54,846 bases of DNA from Nostoc sp. DedSLP01 (lineage in GTDB: Bacteria > Cyanobacteriota > Cyanobacteriia > Cyanobacteriales > Nostocaceae), in the NCBI GenBank assembly GCA_034530875.2, contig JAVRCJ020000044.1, positions 1-54,846 on the forward strand. The letters run 5' to 3'. The position numbers and the translations under genes were made by a program. The notes under the pieces were generated by a model. It searched no databases. It was not told the origin of the DNA and was given only the letters and a program-made list of their open reading frames with translations. Below, one piece after another: positions 1-8,947 of the stretch; positions within the stretch are counted from its first letter, which is position 1; each line of letters starts with the position of its first letter.

Positions 1-67
1 TGGTTATCCAGTTGGCGAAGCGATCCCAGACGTTGGCGCTGGAGCGCTGTTGAATGGTTGCTGTCAT
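1..67 (-). CDS. psbA: Photosystem II D1 protein, N-terminal part (gene runs off the window start)
   Basis: Reverse complement reads MTATIQQRSSANVWDRFANWIT, the characteristic D1 N-terminus; ATG at 67-65. Confidence 0.92.
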   Translation of the reverse strand, partial: MTATIQQRSSANVWDRFANWIT

Positions 68-130
68 TGTTTTATAAATGCGGTTGCTTTTTAGCGAATG
101 AATTAGGTAGGTTTTGCTACCCTGTAATAA

Positions 131-159
131 ATCTTAAAATATATATTGCGTTTTGTAAA
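131..159 (-). promoter_or_regulatory. Sigma70-type psbA promoter
   Basis: Minus strand TTTACA-17 nt-TAAGAT about 65 nt upstream of the psbA ATG; TTTACA is the typical psbA -35. Confidence 0.65.
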
Positions 160-231
160 GTAATTTGAGAAAAAATTTTTTACTAGGATTTATGCAACCC
201 TACCAGGTCGAAAAACTAGAGGTTTGGCCTC

Positions 232-310
232 ATACCGTTTCACTTTAAGATTGATACACTTAGGCGAGCAGAGGAAGCAGGGGGCGAGAAAAACCTTAAC
301 TGAACGGTAT
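232..310. repeat. Short MITE-like element with terminal inverted repeats
   Basis: ATACCGTTTCACTTTAAG ... CTTAACTGAACGGTAT imperfect inverted ends. Confidence 0.45.
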
Positions 311-535
311 TGGTTTATGTCCTACAACTATGCTTCAACTATTGTGTTGTAATGTAAAGCTTTGTTAAGTAGCAGACGGTTCCTTAAGCATGGAAGAAAT
401 GACTGCCTCTACTTTGTTAACAGCAGACGCAGCACGTCACTCGCTAGGAATGAAAGACTTTCTTGCCCTACTCTCTGCTCGCTACTCCCTGCATTTCTCC
501 AGATTAGAGAGGCTGAAATTTAGATTATGAATTGT

Positions 536-1210
536 TTAATTTGCCATTGGTTGCTTAGTAAGTAAGGCGTCTGCACTAGTTTCTGGTAGATGTGGACGCA
601 CACATAAATAAAACAACGGGCCAAATAGTGGTATTAAAGCTGTTAACCACAATAACTGCGGATTTTTCAATCCACGACGCGCCATATCATCCCCTACTAA
701 TGTGGGAAATAAGAGGCAAAGTAAACAAAAATCTAAACTCATTACATGGATGAAGCGGTTAGTTTGCCACTGTTGTACAAAACTTCCCCAATCTGCTCCT
801 GTCAAGCCGTAGGCAACTAAAATAACGGTAGCCACAGTTAAGACAAAACCAGTGACGCGGGAATCTAACAGCTTTAGCAAAATATCCTTTTTACCAACAA
901 ACTTCTGATTTGATTCCCTAAAAGCCAAGTAGGGCAATAGAGCAAAAGCACCAACTCCAAAAGAAGCGATCGCAAATACCCAAGCAGGTATTTTTTGCCC
1001 TCTACCATCAGTAAACAATGCTGCACTGTAGATGAGAGGCCAAATGCCCATCAGGTTGAATAGGGCTATTACTAATGGATTAATACCTTGCCATTGACCA
1101 AGAGAAAGGTTTTTAATTAGCTCGAATGTACCGGGTTGTTGAGGAGGCGAGAGCAGAAAAGCATAGACACTCAATCCCAGCCATAGTAGCCCAAAAACAA
1201 TTTTTCTCAT
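536..1210 (-). CDS. Conserved integral membrane protein (DUF2834-like)
   Basis: 224-aa ORF with multiple hydrophobic helices and motif HVMSLDF; directly downstream of hrcA. Confidence 0.7.
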   Translation of the reverse strand: MRKIVFGLLWLGLSVYAFLLSPPQQPGTFELIKNLSLGQWQGINPLVIALFNLMGIWPLIYSAALFTDGRGQKIPAWVFAIASFGVGAFALLPYLAFRESNQKFVGKKDILLKLLDSRVTGFVLTVATVILVAYGLTGADWGSFVQQWQTNRFIHVMSLDFCLLCLLFPTLVGDDMARRGLKNPQLLWLTALIPLFGPLFYLCVRPHLPETSADALLTKQPMAN

Positions 1211-1225
1211 AATAATTGCTGCAAT

Positions 1226-2344
1226 CTAACTGAAAGCTTCTGAGAGATAATCAGCAGCAGCAGCCACAACAGGGATAGCACTTTCATAATCTAGGCGGGT
1301 TGGCCCTAAAACTCCTACGCTTCCTACTGGAATTGAGCCTCGGCGATAGGTAGAAGAAATCAAGCTACAAGTGCGTATAGGTTCGAGAGGATTTTCCGCA
1401 CCAATACGAACCGTTACTTTTGGCTTACCTATATCTTCTGGCTCTGGTTCCTCAAATATTAATCGCCACAGTTGGTCTTGTTCTTCTTCCAAGAGGTGGA
1501 TAATTGTTTGCACTTGCTGTAGCTGAGAAAATTCCGGCTGACGCAAAACTTCTGCTACACCGCGAACCATAATTTGTGTTGCAGTCGGTGCAATAGTGCG
1601 ACGAGCTAATTCCGCAACTGAATTTTTGAGGAATTCGCCGTAACGCTGGAATTCTCTATCTAATTGAGTCCAGTCTAGATCGGCTAATTGTAAGAGACTC
1701 CGCCCCCGCAAGTGGCTATTCAAAAAGTTAGAAACTATTTGCAATTCGCGATCTATTACCTCTGGTTCGCGTTGCGTTTCCTCTGGTGCTAGCGACAAAT
1801 CCATCAATTTAGAATGTGTCTCATAGCCATCAGTTACCACAATTAGCATAATCTTGCTGGCTTCAATTTGCACTAATTGCAGATGTCGGACTAGTGCTGT
1901 AGTGGTTTGAGGCATCGTAATCAAGCTAATGCAGCCACTTAGAGTTGCTAAAATTTGTGCAGCTCCTTGGAGTAAGGTTTCTAAACTCCAATCTTCCCAG
2001 TGGAGGTGTTTTTGCAGTGCTACTTCTACTTTTTTTGCTAAATTTTCCGTACCACTTCTTGGAAGCAAGCTACGGGTAGCGTCTCGCAGAGAAGGTGTAA
2101 TTAGCTGGTCAACATAAATGCGATAACCTGAGTCTGAAGGTATTCGTCCGGCAGAGGTATGGGGTTGATAAAGTAAGCCAGACTTTTCTAAAACACCCAT
2201 GACATTGCGAATCGTGGCTGAACTAACGCCCAAATCATACTCCTCAACCAAAGCCTTTGAACCAACAGGCTCTGCCGTAGCAATGTAATGACGTACCGTT
2301 GCCCAAAGTATATGCTGTTGTCGATTTGTTAACTGGACTTCCAT
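1226..2344 (-). CDS. hrcA: Heat-inducible transcriptional repressor HrcA
   Basis: wHTH motifs [25 protein letters not shown] and C-terminal [10 protein letters not shown]. Confidence 0.97.
   Translation of the reverse strand: MEVQLTNRQQHILWATVRHYIATAEPVGSKALVEEYDLGVSSATIRNVMGVLEKSGLLYQPHTSAGRIPSDSGYRIYVDQLITPSLRDATRSLLPRSGTENLAKKVEVALQKHLHWEDWSLETLLQGAAQILATLSGCISLITMPQTTTALVRHLQLVQIEASKIMLIVVTDGYETHSKLMDLSLAPEETQREPEVIDRELQIVSNFLNSHLRGRSLLQLADLDWTQLDREFQRYGEFLKNSVAELARRTIAPTATQIMVRGVAEVLRQPEFSQLQQVQTIIHLLEEEQDQLWRLIFEEPEPEDIGKPKVTVRIGAENPLEPIRTCSLISSTYRRGSIPVGSVGVLGPTRLDYESAIPVVAAAADYLSEAFS
2051..2092 (-). repeat. Two tandem 21-nt SDR-like insertions in frame within hrcA
   Basis: TCTCTGCGAGACGCTACCCGT + AGCTTGCTTCCAAGAAGTGGT encode [14 protein letters not shown]; the first unit matches the intergenic 21-mer at 45211-45231. 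Confidence 0.65.
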
Positions 2345-2801
2345 AGGGTATGCTTTGCTGAGTGCAAATTTTTATCAAAACTTGGGAAAAAATTGGTGGA
2401 TTTGCTCTTAAACAGAGATTATTAATAATTAATTAATTTAGTAGATTATACAATTAAATTGTGATACATACCTTTAAGGCTTGTGTATAAGATACTTGAA
2501 ACTCTGTTGCAGATATCATCTCGTTTTCCGCTATCAAGAGTGACAATCTTAATCTAGGATCTTATAGTTTTATAACCGTATTTTTGCATAACTACATGCT
2601 CGGAACAGTATTCTTGAATACGTATTTTTTTGGCACTCGCTGCTATGATTGAGAACTAAAAAATCTATAAATGTCTACTCAATCTTGAAAGCCGCAAGCT
2701 TACCTAGCAAATCTCCAAATCTATGTAATCTCTATTTTTACGATAGCAAAAGCCAGATGGAAGAATAAGTCCCATCTGAGGTAATGTGTGAGATTCAGAA
2801 T

Positions 2802-3161
2802 TTAATACTGGGGAATTGAAGGGTCTACTAATTTAGAGTAGGCATCAATACCACCTGAAATATTTTGCACATTGGTGAATCCTTGAGCAATTAACCACTG
2901 GCACATCTGAGCAGAACGCATACCGTGGTGACACAGCACAAGGGTTTCAGCTTGGGGATTGAACATAGTGGGTACTTGGTCTCCCCATTCAGGAAATTCA
3001 CTTAAAGGTAAATTGACAAAGCCCTCAATACTAGCGATCGCCAATTCTTGTGGTTCTCGCACATCTACTAGCTGGATGTTTTTATCGCCAGAAGCGAGAC
3101 GTTGTGCTAGTTCCTCGACACTAATCTGAGAAATGGGTTGACTAAAAGAGTTCTCTGTCAT
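2802..3161 (-). CDS. Rhodanese-like sulfurtransferase
   Basis: DVREPQE, active-site CHHGMRS and GGIDAY motifs. Confidence 0.92.
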   Translation of the reverse strand: MTENSFSQPISQISVEELAQRLASGDKNIQLVDVREPQELAIASIEGFVNLPLSEFPEWGDQVPTMFNPQAETLVLCHHGMRSAQMCQWLIAQGFTNVQNISGGIDAYSKLVDPSIPQY

Positions 3162-3321
3162 GGGCTTTTTGCGAGCAATTGTAACCTAATTTATGGTGAC
3201 AGAAAATCTCTACCTTGACATGAGCATCAATTCTCAACAAGACGCACCTCATCTTTGCGTCCTGTTCATCAATGGGCTAGGGTTTCTGCTTAAATGGCTG
3301 TGAACTGTCTTTTTTAACAGG

Positions 3322-5025
3322 TTGAATGTGAATAGACAACGCTCATTCATCGGTTTTATTGTAGCTGGTGCGATCGCAGTGTTAGCGATTGCGATCGCAG
3401 GCTTTTACTGGTTTTTTCCTAAAAGCCCCGCTAACCTCATTGCCCCTACTTCCCAACCTGGTGCAACAATATTCATATCAAAACTGGCTCCTGTGATGGC
3501 GTCATTGCTGACGAATCCTGACCGTTTGCAAGCACTGGAACGGGACGGAGAAATATCGAAACTCCAAACTAGTTTCTTAGCTAAGAGTGGCATAGATTAC
3601 CAACAAGATGTTCAATCTTGGTTAGGGAACGAAATTTCATTGGCTGTCACTACGCTAGACATCGATCGCGATCCAGAAAATGGGCAACAGCCGGGGTATC
3701 TTTTAGCACTTGCAACCAAGCAACCAGAAAAAAGTCGCGAGTTTGTCGAGTTGTTATTTTCCAAACGAGCCTTAGCTGGGGCAAACTTAAATGTTGAAGA
3801 ATACAAAGGCATAAAGGTAATTCATGACAACCAAGAACCGATTGTAGAAAATAAAACCCAAATTCCCAAATCTCAAATCGAAGATAATTTAGCTGGTGCT
3901 GTTGTTGGCGAAAATTTTGTTTTATTTGCTAACGATCCTAAAGTACTAAAAGATGCCATCAATAACATCCAAGCACCAGATTTAAATTTGACTAGCTCTC
4001 CCCAATACCAAAAAGCTATTAAACAATTGCCCAAGGGAAGTTTAGCAGTGGCTTTCTTGAATCTTCCCATAGTAGCAAAATGGCAAGGATTAGAACTGCC
4101 AGAGCAACTTAGTTATGACAGCGAAATCATTTCTTTAGTCTTAAACTCAAAAGGATTGTTGGCAGAAACCGCCTTTTTGTCTTCATCAGAAATTGCCTCT
4201 CCATCTCCAACACTAACTAAACCTGTAGGAGCATTGCAATATCTGCCAGCATCAGCAGGTTTAGCAATTTCTGGCTCAAATTTGAGTAACTTGGGCAACA
4301 GCAATCTAGCAAAACTCTGGAAACAAGTAACAGCAACTATATATGGTTCTAAGGAAGATGTAGTTTCTCAGTTTGCTAAACCTTTAGGCGATACTCAAAA
4401 AAGCTGGGGAATAAATTTACCAGAGGATATTTTCAGTTGGGTGCAGGGAGAATATGCCATAGCATTGTTACCCGAAGAAGAAACAAACCCTCATTGGATT
4501 TTTGTGGTGGAAAAATCCGAGAGTGTAGAACAAGGCGTAGCACGCTTAGATGCGATCGCTTCCTCTAATGGACTCACTATTAGTCCCCTAACAATAGACA
4601 ACCAAAAAATTTCTGCTTGGACAGAGTTAACCACAGCTAGTAAAAAAAATAATGACAAAGACGGAGTATCATTCAACATTGAAACAAAAGTGCGGGGAGC
4701 GCATACAACCTTAGGAAATTACGAAGTTTTTACCTCTGACCTTGAGACAATGGATAAAGTTATTACAGCGAAGGATAATTCCTTAATTAATAATCCCAAG
4801 TTTCAAGATAGTATTGCTGCGATTCCTCGACCAAACCAAGGTTACATCTATTTTGATTGGACAAAAAGCCAGAATTTGTTAGAGCGTCAAATCCCAATTC
4901 TCAAGTTAGTGGAAGTTTTAGGGAAACCGTTTTTTAATAATCTGCGATCGCTCACAGTCAGTAGTTACGGAACTGATACAGAAGCGCTCAAAGGTGGCGT
5001 TTTCTTACAACTTAATAAGTCCTGA
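3322..5025 (+). CDS. Membrane-anchored periplasmic protein (DUF3352-like)
   Basis: 567-aa ORF with one N-terminal TM helix and the motifs DVQSWLGNE and DIFSWVQGE. Confidence 0.75.
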   Translation: MNVNRQRSFIGFIVAGAIAVLAIAIAGFYWFFPKSPANLIAPTSQPGATIFISKLAPVMASLLTNPDRLQALERDGEISKLQTSFLAKSGIDYQQDVQSWLGNEISLAVTTLDIDRDPENGQQPGYLLALATKQPEKSREFVELLFSKRALAGANLNVEEYKGIKVIHDNQEPIVENKTQIPKSQIEDNLAGAVVGENFVLFANDPKVLKDAINNIQAPDLNLTSSPQYQKAIKQLPKGSLAVAFLNLPIVAKWQGLELPEQLSYDSEIISLVLNSKGLLAETAFLSSSEIASPSPTLTKPVGALQYLPASAGLAISGSNLSNLGNSNLAKLWKQVTATIYGSKEDVVSQFAKPLGDTQKSWGINLPEDIFSWVQGEYAIALLPEEETNPHWIFVVEKSESVEQGVARLDAIASSNGLTISPLTIDNQKISAWTELTTASKKNNDKDGVSFNIETKVRGAHTTLGNYEVFTSDLETMDKVITAKDNSLINNPKFQDSIAAIPRPNQGYIYFDWTKSQNLLERQIPILKLVEVLGKPFFNNLRSLTVSSYGTDTEALKGGVFLQLNKS

Positions 5026-5042
5026 GATTTTCACGCAAACTC

Positions 5043-5085
5043 AAAGTGCAGAAGGTTAACATTTTTTTTACTTCTGCACTTTTTT
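5043..5085 (+). terminator. Rho-independent terminator
   Basis: AAAGTGCAGAAG...CTTCTGCACTTT hairpin followed by a T-run, just after the stop at 5025. Confidence 0.7.
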
Positions 5086-5382
5086 CTCAGACAATATTTA
5101 TGTAAATTAATCTATTACGAGTCTATTAATATTTGTAAAATTTGACGATATACTGCGATTATAAAATATATTATATATTATATTTATTCTATTAAACATT
5201 TTCTTTAAAAAAGTTATAGTTATTGTTTAAATCAAGATACAAACTAGCAATTACCTGGCTGCCTTCAAAGAGACTAATTGTGGCACATTTTAATGTGTCA
5301 CAACTAACAAAAATGATACTGTAATTTTTTAACTACAATATGTATATATCATCACTATTTTAAAGCCTGTTGGAGGGCTACT

Positions 5383-5874
5383 ATGAAATACTGTCGCCCC
5401 CGACTTCAGTATCGTGGCGGTTGGTTGTTGGCTGTAATTACTGCTTTGATAGCTACCCCTGTAATAGCAGAGACAGCAAATTTTGGTACATTTGCGCTGT
5501 CAACCAACTTTGAGCCAACAAAAGGAACAGTCCAAGGGTTTACGGGTGGTTCTTACTCATTGTCAGCCATCAGTAACCGCGATCGCGACCAGAAAGCCTG
5601 TATCGGTTTTGCCGATCCAAATCCAGATCACATTATGAATTTGGAAAATGACTTTTCACAGTTGACAGTGAAGGTTGATAGCAATAACAACGATACCACT
5701 TTACTCATCCAAGGGCCAGATAAAACGACGATTCGCTGCGGCGATGACACTGGCAAAAGTAAAGATGCTAGCATTAGCGATCGCAATTGGAAAAAAGGCA
5801 TCTATCGGATTTGGGTAGGCACATTTAATCCGGGAATGAAGCGCGATTATACTCTGACTGTCGAGCAGGAGTGA
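5383..5874 (+). CDS. Secreted hypothetical protein (pre-peptidase C-terminal-like beta-sandwich)
   Basis: GGAGG RBS, signal-peptide-like N-terminus, DTTLLI..CGDD..G.YRIWVG motifs. Confidence 0.75.
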   Translation: MKYCRPRLQYRGGWLLAVITALIATPVIAETANFGTFALSTNFEPTKGTVQGFTGGSYSLSAISNRDRDQKACIGFADPNPDHIMNLENDFSQLTVKVDSNNNDTTLLIQGPDKTTIRCGDDTGKSKDASISDRNWKKGIYRIWVGTFNPGMKRDYTLTVEQE

Positions 5875-6030
5875 TAGGGACTGGTGATTAGCGACTGGGG
5901 ACTGGGGAGATGAGGAGTGTGGGAAGTGTGGGAAGTATGGGGGGAAATGAGAATTTATGCTTCCGCTTCTTCCCACACCTCCCACACCTCCCTCTCCTTC
6001 CACATCTCCCCATACCCTATGCCCCATTTT
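5875..6030. repeat. STRR-type purine/pyrimidine short tandem repeats in inverted arrangement
   Basis: GGGACTG/GTGTGGGAA repeats followed by complementary TCCCACACC repeats. Confidence 0.7.
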
Positions 6031-6097
6031 TATCTGCAACACCCTGAGACGATAATATGGGATAGTAGCTTTTTGTGCTTTCCGAGGGTACTATCTC

Positions 6098-6865
6098 GTG
6101 CTATCTACTCTGCGTGCTGACTTTCGTATCATATTTGAACGTGACCCAGCTGCCCGTAACTGGTTGGAAGTTCTATTTTGTTACCCTGGTTTACAAGCTC
6201 TGTTATTGCATAGGCTGGCTCACTGGCTCCATACTATTGGCCTCCCGTTTATCCCGCGCCTGATTTCTCATTTAGCGCGGTTTTTGACTGGAATTGAAAT
6301 TCACCCAGGTGCAACAATTGGACATGCTGTGTTCATTGACCACGGGATGGGTGTAGTAATTGGTGAAACTGCGATCGTCGGAGACTATGCCCTAATTTAT
6401 CAAGGTGTTACCCTTGGGGGGACTGGGAAACAATGCGGTAAGCGCCATCCAACATTGGGCGAAAATGTTGTAGTGGGTGCAGGAGCGAAAGTCCTGGGAA
6501 ATATCCAAATTGGCAATAATGTCCGTATTGGTGCTGGTTCAGTTGTCCTTAGGGATGTACCTTCTGACTGTACTGTGGTGGGGGTGCCTGGTCGTATTGT
6601 TTATCGTTCTGGAGTCAGAGTTGCGCCATTAGAACACAATAACCTACCAGATTCAGAAGCCGAAGTAATTCGTGCTTTAGTCAATCGGATTGAATCGTTA
6701 GAAGATCAAATACAAAATCTTCAGCGTACAAATTCTTCAAATGAAGAAACTCCTGTATTGGCAGGTTCTTTAGCTGCTAAGGAAGCTGATTTATCACAAA
6801 ATGCTCCTGTATGTAGCCTCAGAGATAAAGCAATACAACAGTTTCTAGATGGTGCGGGTATTTAA
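6098..6865 (+). CDS. cysE: Serine O-acetyltransferase
   Basis: [28 protein letters not shown] and KRHPT hexapeptide-repeat motifs. Confidence 0.96.
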   Translation: MLSTLRADFRIIFERDPAARNWLEVLFCYPGLQALLLHRLAHWLHTIGLPFIPRLISHLARFLTGIEIHPGATIGHAVFIDHGMGVVIGETAIVGDYALIYQGVTLGGTGKQCGKRHPTLGENVVVGAGAKVLGNIQIGNNVRIGAGSVVLRDVPSDCTVVGVPGRIVYRSGVRVAPLEHNNLPDSEAEVIRALVNRIESLEDQIQNLQRTNSSNEETPVLAGSLAAKEADLSQNAPVCSLRDKAIQQFLDGAGI

Positions 6866-6922
6866 ATTTTTCAGGCAATCAAATCATGGGGTAGGGTAGC
6901 ATAACTGTGCTACCTTCCTTTT

Positions 6923-7507
6923 TTAAGGATTAATTTCTTCACAAAACCATTCTTGATTTTCATCGCGGTGATAAAACTTTCTATTCTGTGGTTCGCCGCG
7001 CAATTCTAAATGGTCTACTTGCACCGGGTCGAGTAGCAGCAAACAAAAATTAGGCACTGGTTGCACAGGGTCAGGTGCTGGTGGCTCAAAGGCTTGTGCT
7101 TCTTTGACTCTAGGTTTACCGGGATGAGGCCAAGCAAACTGTAAACGCGCTGCATCACTCAGTTCTTCCCACATAGAAATGCGTGCTGGCTGTAAATCTT
7201 CGTGGGAATTATCGTTACCTACCAGAGTCAAACAGCCAGCGAGACGAAATTGTTCTCGTGTGTTGGGAAAATACCAGCAAGCTTCTGCCCAAGGTTGTTG
7301 CTGTATTTGGTCGGCTTTGGCGCTACGGCTGTCGGTGACAAATTTTAGCTGGTTCGTTTCTTCTAGAAAGCCGCGAAATACTAGAGTCCGATTAGCGGGA
7401 TGACCGTTTACTCGTATTGTTGCTAATTGTAGGTAACGCGCATAAACAAGGCTGCGGTTGCGATGGAGGGCATGGGCGATCGCACTTCGCCAAGGAGCAA
7501 GTTTCAT
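6923..7507 (-). CDS. FMN-dependent pyridoxamine-5'-phosphate-oxidase-like flavoprotein (Npun_F5749 family)
   Basis: QLAT...RTLVFRGF, TDSRSAK, EQFR and VDHLEL motifs. Confidence 0.85.
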   Translation of the reverse strand: MKLAPWRSAIAHALHRNRSLVYARYLQLATIRVNGHPANRTLVFRGFLEETNQLKFVTDSRSAKADQIQQQPWAEACWYFPNTREQFRLAGCLTLVGNDNSHEDLQPARISMWEELSDAARLQFAWPHPGKPRVKEAQAFEPPAPDPVQPVPNFCLLLLDPVQVDHLELRGEPQNRKFYHRDENQEWFCEEINP

Positions 7508-7603
7508 TATACAGTTCTGTTGCTAAAAATAATTAAATGAGACTCGTAAATCTTAAAGATACTATATATATGTAATAGAAATTTGGATTATAACTAATAC
7601 CTG

Positions 7604-8947
7604 ATGAGTTCCTTACCTGCTAATCGTGCTAATACTCTCAAAACTGCTTTTCGTGCTTGTGATGTTGCTCCTCTAGTAACTACTAAAGATATTGAACGCT
7701 ATTATGTTAATTTATCAAAAGTTCGTAAAACAGAAGCAATTGAAAGTATTAATGCTCGCTTACGCTGGTTGGAAGACGCAGAATTTTGCAGCCTTTTGTT
7801 TACTGGACATCGGGGATGCGGTAAAAGCACCGAATTAAGAAAGATTCAGCGAGAATGGGAATCTGAATATAAGGTTATTTATATTGAAGCTGATGCGGAA
7901 ATAGATATTTTAGATGCAGAATACACAGATTTGTATTTGGTAATTATTAAAAAAGTTGCTGATGAATTATACAGATCGGAATTAAATTTTAACGAGAAAC
8001 TTTTAAGCAATTTTGAATCTTGGTTTAAAGAAATTACCGAAGAAACTGAACAATCAGTTGAAAGGTCAGTCAGTGCTAGTGCTGAAGCACAAGCAGGAAT
8101 CAAGATTCCCTTTATTTCTAAGCTTCTCGGCAAAATTCAGGCTCAAATCAAAGGTGCTGACAAACAAAGAAAGACTGTGCGTCAGAACTTACAAAAAGAT
8201 ATTGGTCGCTTACAAGCAGATATAAATTTATTATTGGGTGATGCTTTTGTTAAGTTGAAATCCAAATATAAAAAAGGATTTTTAGTTATTTTTGATAACT
8301 TAGACCGAGTACCGCCAAATGTCGCTAAACATCTATTTTGTGATTATGCGGCTCAATTACAAAGTCTACATTGCACGATTATATATACAGCGCCGATTTC
8401 TATTGTCTATTCCGAAAATAATTTGAGCAATTCTTTTAATGCACCTAACATCGTGCCGATGGTGAATATATATGAATTTGAAAAAGACAAAACTGATTTA
8501 GCACATAATAAAGATGGCATCACAGCAATTGTCAGTGTAATTGAACAAAGAGTTGAAGTAGAGGCGGTCTTTGAATCGCGTCAATTATTGTTAGATTTAG
8601 CCAAAATAAGCGGTGGTCACATCCGCCAATTGATGCAAATTGCATCACAAGCATTTATTACAGCAGCAACTCGCGGTCACGATAAAGTTACTGCTGAAGA
8701 TATCACTTATGCAATTAAACAAGAGCAATTTAATTTTGAACGCAGTATATCAACAGAACATTATTCAGCTTTAGCTGCGGTATGTATAAATAAGGATGTT
8801 TCTAAAGATGAAATAGGCAGGTTGATGCTGTTCAGTCTTTGGGTTTTTGAATACAACGGCAGAAATCGCTGGAATTACGTTAATCCAGTTGTGAGGGAAA
8901 TCAATGCTTTCCAAGAAGCACTCAAATCAGCCACAGGTAATCCCTGA
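7604..8947 (+). CDS. P-loop NTPase (STAND/KAP-like AAA ATPase)
   Basis: Walker A GHRGCGKS, Walker B LVIFDNLD, SGGHIR helix motif. Confidence 0.85.
   Translation: MSSLPANRANTLKTAFRACDVAPLVTTKDIERYYVNLSKVRKTEAIESINARLRWLEDAEFCSLLFTGHRGCGKSTELRKIQREWESEYKVIYIEADAEIDILDAEYTDLYLVIIKKVADELYRSELNFNEKLLSNFESWFKEITEETEQSVERSVSASAEAQAGIKIPFISKLLGKIQAQIKGADKQRKTVRQNLQKDIGRLQADINLLLGDAFVKLKSKYKKGFLVIFDNLDRVPPNVAKHLFCDYAAQLQSLHCTIIYTAPISIVYSENNLSNSFNAPNIVPMVNIYEFEKDKTDLAHNKDGITAIVSVIEQRVEVEAVFESRQLLLDLAKISGGHIRQLMQIASQAFITAATRGHDKVTAEDITYAIKQEQFNFERSISTEHYSALAAVCINKDVSKDEIGRLMLFSLWVFEYNGRNRWNYVNPVVREINAFQEALKSATGNP

Noticed and set aside
2360..2660. CIRCE operator upstream of hrcA
   Set aside because: Only half-sites are present (GAGTGCAAA at 2360; TTGGCACTC at 2630 with a poor right arm at 12-nt spacing); no TTAGCACTC-N9-GAGTGCTAA.
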